Shown one piece after another: positions 36,180-49,360 of a stretch of 64,000 bases of DNA. Origin of the DNA: Octopus sinensis. Its lineage: Eukaryota. The stretch spans positions 3,596,001 through 3,660,000 of the forward strand of contig NC_043011.1 of assembly GCF_006345805.1 (NCBI RefSeq), written 5' to 3'. The notes beneath the pieces are model-generated. The model was not told the origin of the DNA. It saw nothing but the letters and a program-made list of their open reading frames with translations, and ran no database searches. The position numbers were made by a program, and so were the translations under genes. Position 1 is the stretch's first letter; each line of letters starts with the position of its first letter.

Positions 36180-36385
36180 GTTAATCCAAACATGAAATCA
36201 CAAAGAGAAAACACAACAACGCGAGGACGTGGAAGAAGTATAGTATTATTGGACGCTCAGGAAAGAAGAAATGAAGGAGGGTTTAACGTTTCAAGCTGAG
36301 CTCTTCGTCAGAAACATAGGAAAAGGAAAAATCCAAAGAAGGGAAGATGGAGGAAAAAAATTCACCAACGGTACACATGCAGTCA
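36180..36385 (-). mobile_element. PLE-derived fragment between (TA)n and (CA)n
   Basis: Carries a minimal hammerhead and a T-rich tail on minus. Confidence 0.6.
36281..36315 (-). ncRNA. Minimal hammerhead motif
   Basis: GUUU CUGACGA A GAGC uca GCUU GAAA CG UU AAAC; stem III reduced to an AACGUU palindrome. Confidence 0.65.
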
Positions 36386-36438
36386 CACACACACGCACGC
36401 ACACACACACACACACGCATATATATATATATATAGAT

Positions 36439-36505
<67 letters not shown>

Positions 36506-37250
36506 TAGGTATGTGTGTGTAGGTGTGGGGTATGGTTATGTATGAAACTTCTTGATCTCTCATTCACACGCACACACATGTACAATTATATATGTATGTA
36601 TATTTGATTGGTGTGTCAGCTAGAAAGAAGCTTGAAGTAATGAAAAAGTTGTCAAATTTACCTACAATACATGTATATACATGTGTGTGCTAGTGTGTAT
36701 ATATGTGTACTGAAGTTTTGACCATCATTTACGTGATTCTGTCAAAAGAAAAGCGTGTACCTCAGTATATAAGCAAGTTGATAGGGGGGAAGTATATTGG
36801 AGATATTGAATAACACTAAATGAACCGTATTTTTTTTATTGCAAAGTATATCCCAATAGGGATGATATTATAACATGACCTCAACCAGAGAAGACAAGTA
36901 TAGCTCATTAGCCTTCATTTTTAGATGTTCGTCAATAATATTTTAAAATACCCAGAATTAAAGACAATTATTCAAACATCAATGTTTATATGTATAAGTG
37001 TATGTATGTCAACAAATATATGTGTGTATCTATGCATGTGTATATGTATACACATAAAACATGTGTACCCACATTCCTAAATGTGTTCACATATACATAT
37101 GTGTGTGTGCGTGTGTGTGTATTGATAGATAGACAGATATGCATTCATATATATATATATAGAAATATATATATTTATATTATACATATATATATGTGTG
37201 TGTGTGTGTATGTATGTATAGAGAGAGATACATATCATTTATATGTTTAT

Positions 37251-37311
<61 letters not shown>

Positions 37312-37474
37312 ATTTGCTTCCCAACCACATGGTTCTGTGTTCAGTCCTACTGTATAGCATTTTGGGCAAGCGTTTCCTAGTATAGCTTCCAGCTGACCAA
37401 AGATTTGTAAGTAAATTTGAGAGATTGAAAGTGTAAGAAGCTTGTCATATGTACATACATACATATATATATTT

Positions 37475-37505
<31 letters not shown>

Positions 37506-37559
37506 CATGCATATGTATATGTGTATATATATACATGTATATGTGTATATATGTGTATA

Positions 37560-37892
37560 AAAAACATGCCTGAAACAGCTGTAGTGATGAACCACTATTC
37601 ATCTGTTGTTATTTATTTCATTCACCTAACTCAGAACCTGCAATTAGCATAGACCTGCAGTCTATCGAGTGCAGTACAACTGGTGCAGTGTTTATACTCA
37701 GGTACAGTATGGAGACGTGATATATTCTGTCAGATACTTATGATCGTACATGCAACTGGAGTATTAATCTGTCTTTACTTCAGTATGTATGTATATGTTC
37801 CTCTAATGTTGTTTTGTACATGATAGCAATCTCATTGACCCGACCTTGGTGCTTTATTATTTGAGGATCTGATTCACTCAAATCCTGAACAT
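37560..37892 (+). mobile_element. PLE-derived fragment with the 3' half of a hammerhead
   Basis: GAAA CAGCUG UA GUG at ~37572 with the 5' half missing; microsatellite flanks. Confidence 0.4.
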
Positions 37893-37916
37893 GTATATAT
37901 ATACATACATATATAT

Positions 37917-38115
37917 GCAGCACGGATTTTTATCAGTGAACAGGTCGCCGTCTTAAAGCGACGAAAATATTTTGACAAATTAAACTTAAATGTTGAAGTG
38001 AATCGAACGGCTTTTGTGTGTTTCTTAAATGGCTTACACCTTCCACGCTGCAATTGTTTTCGTTTCAGCACACGATCTCAGATCAAATCACTTGCTATGC
38101 AAGTACATCTCCGTA
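37917..38115 (+). mobile_element. PLE-derived fragment in (TA)n
   Basis: TA flanks; contains the G3-C8 hammerhead variant. Confidence 0.6.
37929..37979 (+). ncRNA. Hammerhead variant with G3-C8 core
   Basis: UUUAUCA GUGAACA g GUCGC cgucuuaaa GCGAC GAAA AUAU UU UGACAAA. Confidence 0.65.
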
Positions 38116-38136
38116 ATATATATATATGTATATATC

Positions 38137-38550
38137 CATTTATTCTTTTATTCTTTTACATGATTCAGTAATTGGACTCTAGCCATGCTGGAGCATCGCT
38201 TTTAGTCAAACATAATGACCCTAGGACTTATTTTTTGTAAGCCTTGTATTTATTCTATCAGTCTCTTTTTCCAAACAGCTAAGTTTCGAGGATGTAAACA
38301 CACCACCATTGGAAGTCAAGTGATGGTGGTGGGGGGGGGGACCAAACCCAGACACAAAGGCACACATACATAAATATATATATACATATTTATATACACA
38401 ATGGGCTTCTTTCAGTTTCCATCTACCAAATCCATTCACAAGGCTTTGGTCAGCCTGGGACTCCAGTAGAAGACACTCGCCCAAGGTGCCATGCAGTGGA
38501 ACTGAACCTGGAACCATATGGTTGGGAAGCAAGCTTTTTACCACACAGCC
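38137..38550 (-). mobile_element. SINE family C, older copy
   Basis: Reverse complement of the family C layout. Confidence 0.8.
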
Positions 38551-38851
38551 ATATATCTGTGTGTCATTGTGTCTGTGTTTCTCTCCCACCACCACTTGAC
38601 AACTGGTGTTGGTTTGTTTACATTCTCATAACATAGTAATTCAGTAAAAGGACCATTAGAATAAATATCAGACTTAAAAATGTCCTGGGGTGAATTCATT
38701 CAACTAAAATTTTCCCAGGTTGTGCCCCAGCACTGCCATAGTGTAGTAAATGAAACAAATCAAAAATAAAAGACATATAAATACACACACACTCACACAT
38801 ATTTACATATCTCTCTCCACCTCTCTCTCCCTCTCTAACTATATTTCTCTT

Positions 38852-38965
<114 letters not shown>

Positions 38966-38980
38966 TATATATATATATAA

Positions 38981-39270
38981 CACGTGATCACGTGACTGAC
39001 CAGACCATCAGATGTTTTACACATCGCTGGTCACAATGCATTCGCATTGTTTTAGCCTTCGAATGACGCCACCCCACTGGCTAAGTGAGCAGGCCAACAG
39101 TAGAAAGAGTGAGAGAAAGAGTGGTGAAAGAGTACAGCAGGGATCACCACCCCCTGCCAGAGCATCATGGAGCTTTTAGGTGTTTTCGCTCAATAAACAC
39201 TCACAACGCCCGGTCTGGGAATTGAAACCGCGAGTCCGCTGCCCTAACCACTAGGCCATTGCACCTCCAC
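38981..39270 (-). mobile_element. SINE family A, tail type 3
   Basis: Family A head with a different tail ending gtcacgtgatcacgtg; inserted in (TA)n. Confidence 0.85.
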
Positions 39271-39780
39271 ATATATATATATATATGTATATATACATAC
39301 ATGCATACATATATGTGTGTGTGTGTGTGTGTATATATATACATATCTATACGTATATATATATATATATGTACACACACACACACATATATGTATGTGT
39401 GTATGTGTGTGTATATACAAACATACTTGCATGTATATATATATATACATAATACATAAACACACACAAACAATATAAAACATTTTTACTGGAATAATTT
39501 GTGATTTCTTCCTTTTTATATTATTATCCTGTTGACTCACTCGATTAAATTGCTTTAATAAATTTCTGTATTGGCTGAAAATCAAATGTTGTAACACTAA
39601 TTCAAAAAATGCTAATAAAAAAAATTAGGGTAAAATTTTATATAATAATATCACATTTAAGAGTAACTTCAAATATTGTATCATAATCAACATCATCATC
39701 ATCATCATGAACACCACTACCATCACCACCACCACCACCACTACCATTACCACCACCATCATCAACAGCCTCGTCATTGT

Positions 39781-40008
39781 TTAACCCTTTCATTACCATA
39801 TTTATTTCGAGATGTTCTGGGTTTCTTTCAATTATTTTAGACGTAACAAAGAATTTAGTGAAATAACTTGGTTATCATTAAGCTAGTGTTAGGAACATAA
39901 ATTGTGACTAAGGTTTGTTGGAAGATTTTAATTCAAAATTTATGAAAACAAGACATTTGTACTCGGAGCCAGAGGTGGTTTCAGCAAGGTTGGTAATGAA
40001 AGGGTTAA
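39781..40008. mobile_element. piggyBac-type MITE, single unit
   Basis: TTAA-ccctttcattacca ... tggtaatgaaaggg-TTAA; perfect 14-bp TIR and TTAA TSD. Confidence 0.9.
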
Positions 40009-40668
40009 TGTCCATTTTCCATGCTGGTTTGACAGAATCTGGAGAGCCACACGGTTTCATCAAGCTCCAATGTCACCTTCACCCTGGTTTTTTAGGTCGG
40101 ATTCCCATTCTAATGCCAATCATGTTATAATAATTATTGTCTATGGATGGATAAGCTACAGAACACTAGATTTTCCTTGTATACTTCTTTCTTATTTATA
40201 TATATTCTTGATCAATGATTCTCAAACTTATTTTGTTATATTATATCTATTGGTATTCCCAAAGATCACGGAACCCATCTATGATATTCTGAAATATTTT
40301 AGAACTTATATCTACATTTTCTGACAACTCTTGCTTTCCTGATTTTAGAAAGATATTAGATGAAAGAAAAATTTTTCTTGGAAAACTACTATTTTCTTAA
40401 AAAGCATACAACTTTCTATTTTGAGAATAATGAATACTATTATCTTATCAAATCAATTTCTTAATGAAATTTTATTAAAATTTTGGCACAGAATTTTGGG
40501 TTTCTTTGGCACCCACTTTCAGAGACACTGGTCTTAATCATTCACATTTCCTAGACACAATAACCATCTCAAACAGAGGCTGTTCACTCATTTGGCTGAG
40601 ATAAATGATGTGTCTAAATCCTATTAACAAGGCTACGAAAAACAATATTTTCTACAAGAAAACCAAGC

Positions 40669-41079
40669 AGGCGCAGGAGTGGCTGTGTGGTAAGTAGCTT
40701 GTCTACCAACCGCATGGTTTCAGGTTCAGTCCCACTGCGTGGCACGTTGGGCAAGTGTCTTCTGCTATAGCCCCAGGCCGACCAAAGCCTTGTGAGTGGA
40801 TTTGGTAGACGGAAACTGAAAGAAGCCCGTCGTATATATGTATATATATATATATGCGTGTGTGTGTTTGTGTGTCTGTGTTTGTCCCCCTAGCATTGCT
40901 TGACAACCGATGCTGGTGTGTTTATGTCCCCGTTACATAGCGGTTCGGCAAAAAGAGACTGATAGAATAAGTACTGGGCTTACAAAAGAATAAGTCCCAG
41001 GGTCAAGTTGCTCGATTAAAGGCGGTGCTCCAGCATGGCCGCAGTCAAATGACTGAAACAAGTAAAAGAGTAAAGAGTA
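40669..41079 (+). mobile_element. SINE family C, young full-length copy
   Basis: ggcgcaggagtggctgtgtggtaag head through to an aagtaaaagagtaaagagta tail. Confidence 0.9.
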
Positions 41080-42749
41080 TCCGAATACTTTTTCATCAAC
41101 ATTGATAAATTGATTTATTTTTGTGGGGTGTAACTGTATTTATTTAGGCCAATGTCATATCGTTTTCATTATGTTTGATATCAAAACAGATAAACTTATG
41201 TTGTTCTTTTAAATATGAAATAGATATTTTTTTATTTCTTATTATATGATGTTATTTATGTGATTCTGTTATTGTTCTGATCCCCATTATTACATTCTAT
41301 TGTATATTTTTGCATCATGTTATATCATTTTATGGTGCTGTATTGCCATAATGCATGTTAGGTATCTTATATGTGTATTATTGTAATATTCAGTTTAACA
41401 ATACATGTTATCCAATTTAATCTGATATGTTGCCATTCTACGCATGCTTTCCATCTTAATGTCAAAAGTATATCCAAGTTGTAAATGGGATTGTAACTTC
41501 AATAACAACAAATAATGTTGTCTTTAGAAATATGGCAATAAATATTTCAAGTGTGGGAAGAGAGAGGGAGACATTTAGCATTCATGACGACCCTAATGGC
41601 ATCTGAAGAAGTGAAACCATGTTAGATATATTTAGGAATCACTCTTACTTGAAACTTGCTCATTGCTCTAACACAAAAATTACTTTGCATAGCTTGGGTA
41701 AGAGCGAAAAATCAGAACTTACTGTATCTCCTCCCCTTTAAAATAGTGTTATTTGTATGTCCACTGAAAAGTATGCATAAATGAGGAAACGTGTTTCAAT
41801 GAAATATTTAAGCTACTTCGTGATATGAAGCAGAGAACAAAATACAGGGAATAAAGTAATGTCTACATGTGTATTGACCTCCAAATTGTCCTCAAATTAC
41901 ACCTACCAGCTTCCCCCGCAAAAGAAAACAAAGAGAGAGAATGGACAGATTAGCTAGTGTGGTCTGACTTCTTCACAGCTGGAATATCTTTAGCTCCATA
42001 GACAGAGCTGACCTGGTTTTAAACAAAATATAACAACAGCCAAACATATTTTGAATTAACGATATTCCACATATGGCTTCTACTAAAATTCCAATAAAAT
42101 TTCACAGTCCAAACTAAAATGAGAGAATTAGGAAGAACATGAGAAAATAAGATATATCAAAATAAATGTTAAAACATAAAAAATATGCATACACCCCCCA
42201 CAAGGTAAAACACAGCATAAATCAAAACAAATTAAAATCTAGAATAAACTTGTATAAACGAAGTATTAAAAATAAAATTTAAAAAATAGATGATATTTTG
42301 GATAGACATTATGATTAGCATATTAATAATTATTGATTTTGCCACAAGACAACGATTTAGGTATTACGTGGCTGTCTTGGTCATTGCAGCTGTTAGTTTG
42401 CAGAAATTTTTAGCCACAAACAGTGGAATTGATTGTCATTCTTTGTTCATGACTGTAGAGTTAAAACAAATCAAGATGGTTTAAAATTGATAGTTAAATA
42501 ATGAGTTACTCACTTTTATGCTTCCTTTTTTTATCATTAAGAAATTATCATCATCATCGTCATCAATATAATTTAGTTTTATTTTCGTCAATTCTACCTT
42601 TTGTCTGTTGATTGTCATTGCTCACTGAGTTAAATAAAACTGTCTCAGAAGAAATATATACATATATATATACATGAATATATAAATAAATGAATATATA
42701 AATCAATAAATTTAGTAAATAGTCAGTTTGGTGTGTTTATATATATATA

Positions 42750-43040
42750 TCATCATCATCATCATCATCATCGTTTAATGTCCGTTTTCCGTGCTACCAC
42801 AAGTTGGACGGTTCGACCAGGGTCTGGGAAGCCAGGGGAGGCACCAGGCTCCAGTCTGATCTGGCAGTGTTTCTACAGCTGGATGCCCTTCCTAACGCCA
42901 ACCACTCCGTGAGTGTAGTGGGTGCTTTTTACGTGCCACCGGCACAAGTGCCAGGGGAGTCTGGCATCGGCCACGATCGGTTGGTGTTTTTAACATGTCA
43001 CTGGCACGGAAGCCAGTCAAGACGGCACTGGCATCGGCCA
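42750..43040 (-). mobile_element. RTE-type LINE 3' UTR
   Basis: (CAT)n...ctacagctggatgcccttcctaacgccaaccactcc. Confidence 0.75.
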
Positions 43041-44430
43041 TATATATATATATGTATATATCCCTTTTTAGCAGTATGTAGCTGCATGTGTATATATGTG
43101 TGTATAAGTGTAAAGTTTATAGCAATATATATTTATGAATATAGGAAGGTAGATATATAGTTATACATACTCTTCACAACCACATAGTTTGATGTTCGGC
43201 CCCCACTGTATGGCACTTGGGCTTTTTTCTTTACTGTTACTCAGTATGATAAACAGAAGCTGAAAGAAACTCCTCATATATAAGTGAAGAATGGAGTTAC
43301 TGGCATTATATTTATTCTATGGTTTACAATCATTTCTATAACATATGGGTGACAAATCAAATACCATGCATAAAGATATGAACGAGAATACTGATATAGT
43401 TGTGTCATTTATATAAAGCCTATTATGTAACGATCTCCTCGTGGTCATTTAGCCACAACTGAATAAACAAATACTGGATATTTCACTTATAAAGGAAAAT
43501 TATGGTAATCTCATGAAAAGTTGTCTCCAAGTTCTAGACGAAGAAAGGGCTAATAATGGAATTTCGGCAAGAAACAAATTGGAATGATTAACTGTATTCT
43601 TCAATGTCACTGGTGCCATTCATCAGTTAACCGAAGTGTTTACATGTTTCTCTGCCTGGCTTACAAATCTGGGTAATTTTGGCAACCGGCTCTGAGTTAA
43701 TGCTTCAGGTGATGGGAGTAGGATGAAGGGTTCACCCATCAAAAGTTGAGGTTTGCTAATGATAAGGATAGAGAAGATGTGTGACCTGGAGAGTGAATTG
43801 AAGAGCATACTCTCACACACAGTACATTGGCACCATAGACAAAAAGGGGTTATACATGCCATATACATATACATGCCATATACATATATTCCTATATATA
43901 CAGAAAGATATATCAACTGACTCACAACTCATGTTAGCCATGTGTGTGTGGGTGTGTGTGTGTATGTGTGTATGTAGATATATATATATATATAAATATA
44001 TATATATTTGAGGAAGCCTTGTCTCCCTTCCAAAGCAAGACACCTTTTTTGCCTCAATACTGCTCCCCCAGCTGTAGGGTCTCGTTCTGCAAGTTACTTG
44101 GTGAACCTCATTGATGCTGGTGCCATGTAAAATGCACCAAGTACACACTTTTAAGTGGTTGGCATTAGATGAGAACATCCAGCTGTAGAAACCATGCCAA
44201 AACAGACATCAGAGACCAGTCAGTCTTCTGACTTGTGAATTCCTGTCAAACTCTCCATGCCTACTTGGAAAATGGATATTAAATAATGATGATGATGATG
44301 ATGATGGTGATTATATACATATAGAACTTTGGAAAACTGTTTACAACCTATATCTGCCTTTAATGGAATTATCTCCAATATTTCATAAGTATAACCTCAC
44401 CCACTAAGATGTCTGGAGAACTCATATGTA

Positions 44431-44523
44431 TTTTAGCTGATGAGTACGGGACACTTTTATATGCTGCAATTTTTGCAACTTGTAATAAAGCCTGTCTTTG
44501 TATGAAACAATTGTACTCTAAAC
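44431..44523 (+). ncRNA. Hammerhead motif with a long stem II
   Basis: UUUAG CUGAUGA GUAC...(60-nt fold)...GUAU GAAA CAAUUG UA cu CUAAA. Confidence 0.6.
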
Positions 44524-45134
44524 TAATCCATTCTTGTTGCTTCTTTCTCGTGTATAGATAGGTAGATAAATAGGTAGATAGACAGACAGACAGATAGACA
44601 GACAGACAAATAGATATATAGACAGACATATGTATATAAATGGAAATAGATATTCAGAAAATCAAACAGAGCTCCCAGTAAGCACTCTACATGGTTCCAG
44701 CTATCAGATAACATATTAGTTAAGTTTAGGATGTAATTTAATGACAATGTTATTCTAGAAATCCAGGAAGCAAAAGTTGTGGAGTGTATAATGGTTAATG
44801 CATTGCAAGAGAAATATGGGGTAAAAATATATTTATTCCATATGTTTACATCTGTTTCGTAATCCATATTCAGTTACATCATCAATACCAATTATAAGTT
44901 GCATATCATTTTTATAGACATACATGTAAGTTTGCACACATAATCATATGATAGCATAATGAAGTACTGAACAGAACTTATGGGCATTGAATATCTAACT
45001 CTGTTGTATGAAGTTGGGTCAGCCCAATTTATATAGTATTGCTAGAAAAGGGGAAATTTTCTCGTATACAACATAGCTTCTTAAATCTAGATTTCAGAAG
45101 CGCCCAGTTTACTGAGAACATATCATCACAAATG

Positions 45135-45561
45135 TTACTCTTTTACTCTTTTACTCTTTTACTCTTTTACTTGTTTCAGTCATTTGACTGCGGCCATGCT
45201 GGAGCACCGCCTTTAGTCGAGCAAATCGACCCCGGGACTTATTCTTTGTAAGCCCAGTACTTATTCTATCAGTCTCTTTTGCTGAACCGCTAAGTGACGG
45301 GGACGTAAACACACCAGCATCGGTTGTCAAGCAATGCTAGGGGGACAAACACAGACACACAAACACGCACGCACATACATATATATTTACATATATACGA
45401 CAGGCTTCTTTCAGTTTCCGTCTACCAAATCCACTCACAAGGCATTGGTTGGCCCAGGGCTATAGCAGAAGACACTTGCCCAAGGTGCCACGCAGTGGGA
45501 CTGAACCCGGAACCATGTGGTTGGTTAGCAAGCTACTTACCACACAGCCACTCCTGCGCCT
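45135..45561 (-). mobile_element. SINE family C, young copy
   Basis: Near-identical reverse complement of the 46495 copy; (TACTCTTT)4 tail. Confidence 0.9.
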
Positions 45562-45706
45562 GTATGTTACAATATGAAAATTTAAAATAAAGATTATAAA
45601 TAAAAGTAACAATGACAAAACCAATAAAAAACATTAATATATTGTATATATGTAAGGCAATGGGCAAACAGAATTGTTATTATGCTGGGCAAAATGCTTA
45701 TCAGCA

Positions 45707-46077
45707 TCGGTTACGACGACGAGGGTTCCGGTTGATCCAAATCAACGGGACAGCCTGCTCGTGAAATTAACGTGTAAGTGGCTGAGCACTCCACAGACAC
45801 GTGTACCCTTAACGTAGTTCTCGGGGATATTCAGCGTGACACAGAGAGTGACATGGACGGCCCTTTGAAATACAGGTACAACAGAAACAGGAAGTAAGAA
45901 TGAGAGAAAGTTGTGGTGAAAGAGTACAGCAGGGATCACCACCATCCCTGCCGGAGCCTCGTGGAGCTTTAGGTGTTTTCGCTCAATAAACACTCACAAC
46001 GCCCGGTCTGGGAATCGAAACCGCGATCCTATGACCGCGAGTCTGCTGCCCTAACCACTGGGCCATTGCGCCTCCAC
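45707..46077 (-). mobile_element. SINE family A, tail type 1
   Basis: Reverse complement of 3595-3970. Confidence 0.9.
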
Positions 46078-46494
46078 ATTGAAACCAATATATTGTATGG
46101 GCGTGTGTGTATGTGTGTGTGTATTTACATTTGCATTTAATGAAAATCACATGCATATGCAGTGTTGCTGTGTATACTTGTCCTGTCAACAAGTTATCTA
46201 CTGATAGCATATATTCACCAACACAGATGTGTGTGTGTGTATGTTGTGTGTGTATGTGTGTGTGTGAATATATTTATATACTTGTGTGTGTGTATATGCC
46301 TATGCCTGTATTAGTCATACGTTGTTTTGTTTTTTTTTCAGAATCCACAGTTCATTATTTTCACTGGGGCTGTAGGTTCTAATCCAGCAATATGAACTTT
46401 GTTTTAGTATCAAAATAAGAATATACTGTGTTATATTCTTTGTTAAATCTTTACCAAACATTGTTGTACAGGAGCAGCAAAAAATATTATACAT

Positions 46495-46673
46495 AGGCGC
46501 AGGAGTGGCTGTGTGGTAAGTAGCTTGCTAACCAACCACATGGTTGCGGGTTCAGTCCCACTGCGTGGCATCTTGGGCAAGTGTCTTCTGCTATAGCCCC
46601 GGGCCGACCAATGCCTTGTGAGTGGATTTGGCAGACGGAAACTGAAAGAAGCCTGTGTATATATGTACTATAT

Positions 46674-46740
<67 letters not shown>

Positions 46741-46960
46741 ATGTGTGTTTGTGTGTCTGTGTTTGTCCCCCTAGCATTGCTTGACAACCGATGCTGGTGT
46801 GTTTACGTCCCCGTCACTTAGCGGTTCAGCAAAAGAGACTGATAGAATAAGTACTGGGCTTACAAAGAATAAGTCCCAGGGTCGATTTGCTCGACTAAAG
46901 GTGGTGCTCCAGCATGGCTGCAGTCAAATGACTGAAACATGTAAAAGAGTAAAAGAGTAT
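46495..46960 (+). mobile_element. SINE family C, young copy
   Basis: Full family C layout. Confidence 0.9.
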
Positions 46961-47261
46961 AGGTTTATGTCTTGTATTTTGTAATATGGTTAATATTGTT
47001 TGCTTTTTAATATAAAATCAAAAATAATAGATAGCAATTCTCAAGGTAGACAAGGTGATATGCATATAGCAACTAATATAGCTTTCAGAAATGATATCTT
47101 CGAACAATGTATATTTATTATTACCTGTGTGGAATTTTATTTCATTTAAAGAACCAATGTTTCAGAAAAGATACAATTTCAAATGAAATTATTTATTTCT
47201 TCAGCCCATTTAATTGTTTTTCATAATAGTGAAGAAATTTCAAATGGTACTGCTGCTGTTG

Positions 47262-47536
47262 CATCTTCTTCTCTTCTTCTCTTCTTCTTCTTCTTCTTCT
47301 TCTTCTTCTTCATTCTTCTTCTTCTTCTTCCTCTTCTCTTCATTCTCTTTCTTCTTCTTCTTCTTCTTCTTCTTCTTCTTCTTCTTCTCTCTCTTCTCTC
47401 TTCTTTTTCTTCTTCTTCTTCTTCTTCTTCTTCTTTTTCTTCTTTTTTCTTTTTTCTTCTTCTTCTCTTTTTTTTCTTCTTCTTCTTCTTCCTTCGTAGT
47501 AGTTGTAGTAATAGTAGTAGTAGCAGTAGTAGTGTG

Positions 47537-47578
<42 letters not shown>

Positions 47579-47580
47579 TA
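47262..47580. repeat. (CTT)n followed by (GTA)n microsatellite
   Basis: Seen directly. Confidence 0.95.
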
Positions 47581-47649
47581 TTTCATTGCAGAGTATGGAT
47601 TTAAAATACTGACTTTTGGTGTTTTTTTCCTTCCTCTTAAAAATCAATC

Positions 47650-48088
47650 TTTAACAAAAGGCTCTAAATAGAAAGTTCTTTCCTTAGATTATTGACTGCT
47701 TCAAGTTGAAGCAAATGCTTCAAGTCGAAGCAAATGCATGCCTTGCTTTGCTGTTCAGTCATTTGAGTAAAAATGATGGCATTTTAGCAATTTAACCTAC
47801 TGCTCCAGTGATAATTGGTATAACTTACACTTTTGCAGTTGAACATACCTAGATTCTTGATATTTCTACTTGAAAGTAGCATAGTTTAAGAAACTTTTCT
47901 GCATTTTTATCTGCAATGTTTTTGTTCAAAGCAATTTCAACATCTATAATTGAAATGTTAATTTTGTTGTTATAACGACACTTAATCTGCAGAGTTCAAT
48001 TGTTTTCTCTATCTGGATATCAAAATCCCAGAGAATTTTGATTTCTAAGTTCACTTAGAGCCTTTTCTACTCCATAATTATATCACCA
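47650..48088 (-). pseudogene. R4/Dong-like LINE endonuclease relic
   Basis: KILWDFDIQ...IIDV...VIPIITGAVG on minus; a homologous KILWDFDI piece lies on plus at ~50970-51080. Confidence 0.65.
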
Positions 48089-48424
48089 GGTGTGTGTGTG
48101 TGACTGTGTGTGTATGTGTGTGTGTGTGTGAATATATTTATATACTTATGTGTGTGTATATACCTATGCCTATATTATTCATATATGTTTTTTTCAGAAC
48201 CCACAGTTCAATATTTTCACTGGGATTGTAGATTCTAATCCAACTATACCAGTGTTGGATCCATATTTTTACAAAGTAACCAGTGTAAATTAAGATGAAC
48301 CTTATCATGATAATTCTTGTACTTCTTCTGAGGTACTTCTTGTACTTCTTTCATAGCTTGCTACAATATACTGAATGTTTTCCTCTTGCTGGTTACAGAG
48401 GTAGATATGTCTATTTTTTCCTAT

Positions 48425-48770
48425 CTTTACTTGCTTCAGTCATTAGACAGCAGCCATACTGGAGCCCCGCCTTAATGAATTTTTAGTTAAATGAATCTAC
48501 TAGCAGTACTTATAATACTTTTTTAAAACCTATTATTTATTCTGTCAGTCCCATTTGCTGAATCGCTAAGTTATGGGGATGTAAGTACACCAACACTAGT
48601 TGTCAAGCAGTAGTAGGGGACAAACTCATATACAAATACACACACATACACACACATGACAGGCTTCTTTCAGTTTCCATCTACCAAATCCACTAACAAA
48701 GCTTTGAACTGCCTGAGATTATAGTAGAAGACACTCACCCAAGGTGCCAGACATTGGAACTGAACCTGAG
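48425..48770 (-). mobile_element. SINE family C, older and 5' truncated
   Basis: Family C motifs. Confidence 0.75.
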
Positions 48771-49029
48771 GCAAATAAATTCACTTGCCAATTGAATTAG
48801 TGTTTAGAACTTGATCTGCAGCAGCTACAAAAAAGCTCTAAGTTTTTCTCTTTAAATTTCCATTCTAGAACCCCTCCAAAGATGAGCCATGACCTTTTAT
48901 ATCATTGGTTGGTATCTCTGTGATACCATCTATATCACTTTATTTCCTTTATCACTTTTCTTTCACAAGCTATTCTGATTTTCTATGTTTTCTTTTCCTT
49001 ACATTCAACACAAGTCATTATTGCTGTTG

Positions 49030-49360
49030 CTGTTGTTGTTGTTGTTGTTGTTGTTGAGCGAACGGTCTTCATTCCAGAGCTCGCAAGATAGGAGAAGTCT
49101 GGATCGTGGTCCTTTGCTATTCGTAAGACCCGCAGAAGAGAAAGCAGGTCAACCCCTGACACCAAGAGCATCGACAGATGGATGAATGTGCATCCAGGCT
49201 CAGCGGTTGCGTAGGAAGTCGAGGAAAAGAACAGGAAGAAAGAGTGAGAGAAAGTTGGGGGCGAAAGAGTACAACAGGGGTCGCCCCCACCCCCTGCCGG
49301 AGCCTCGTGGAGCTTTAGGTGTTTTCGCTCACTAAATACATACAACGCCCGGTCTGGAAA
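49030..49360 (-). mobile_element. SINE family A, tail type 2, 5' truncated, (CAA)n end
   Basis: Reverse complement of ~11690-11955. Confidence 0.85.

Noticed and set aside
47183-47671. Protamine-like or poly-K/R/E ORFs
   Set aside because: Produced by (CTT)n and (GTA)n repeats.
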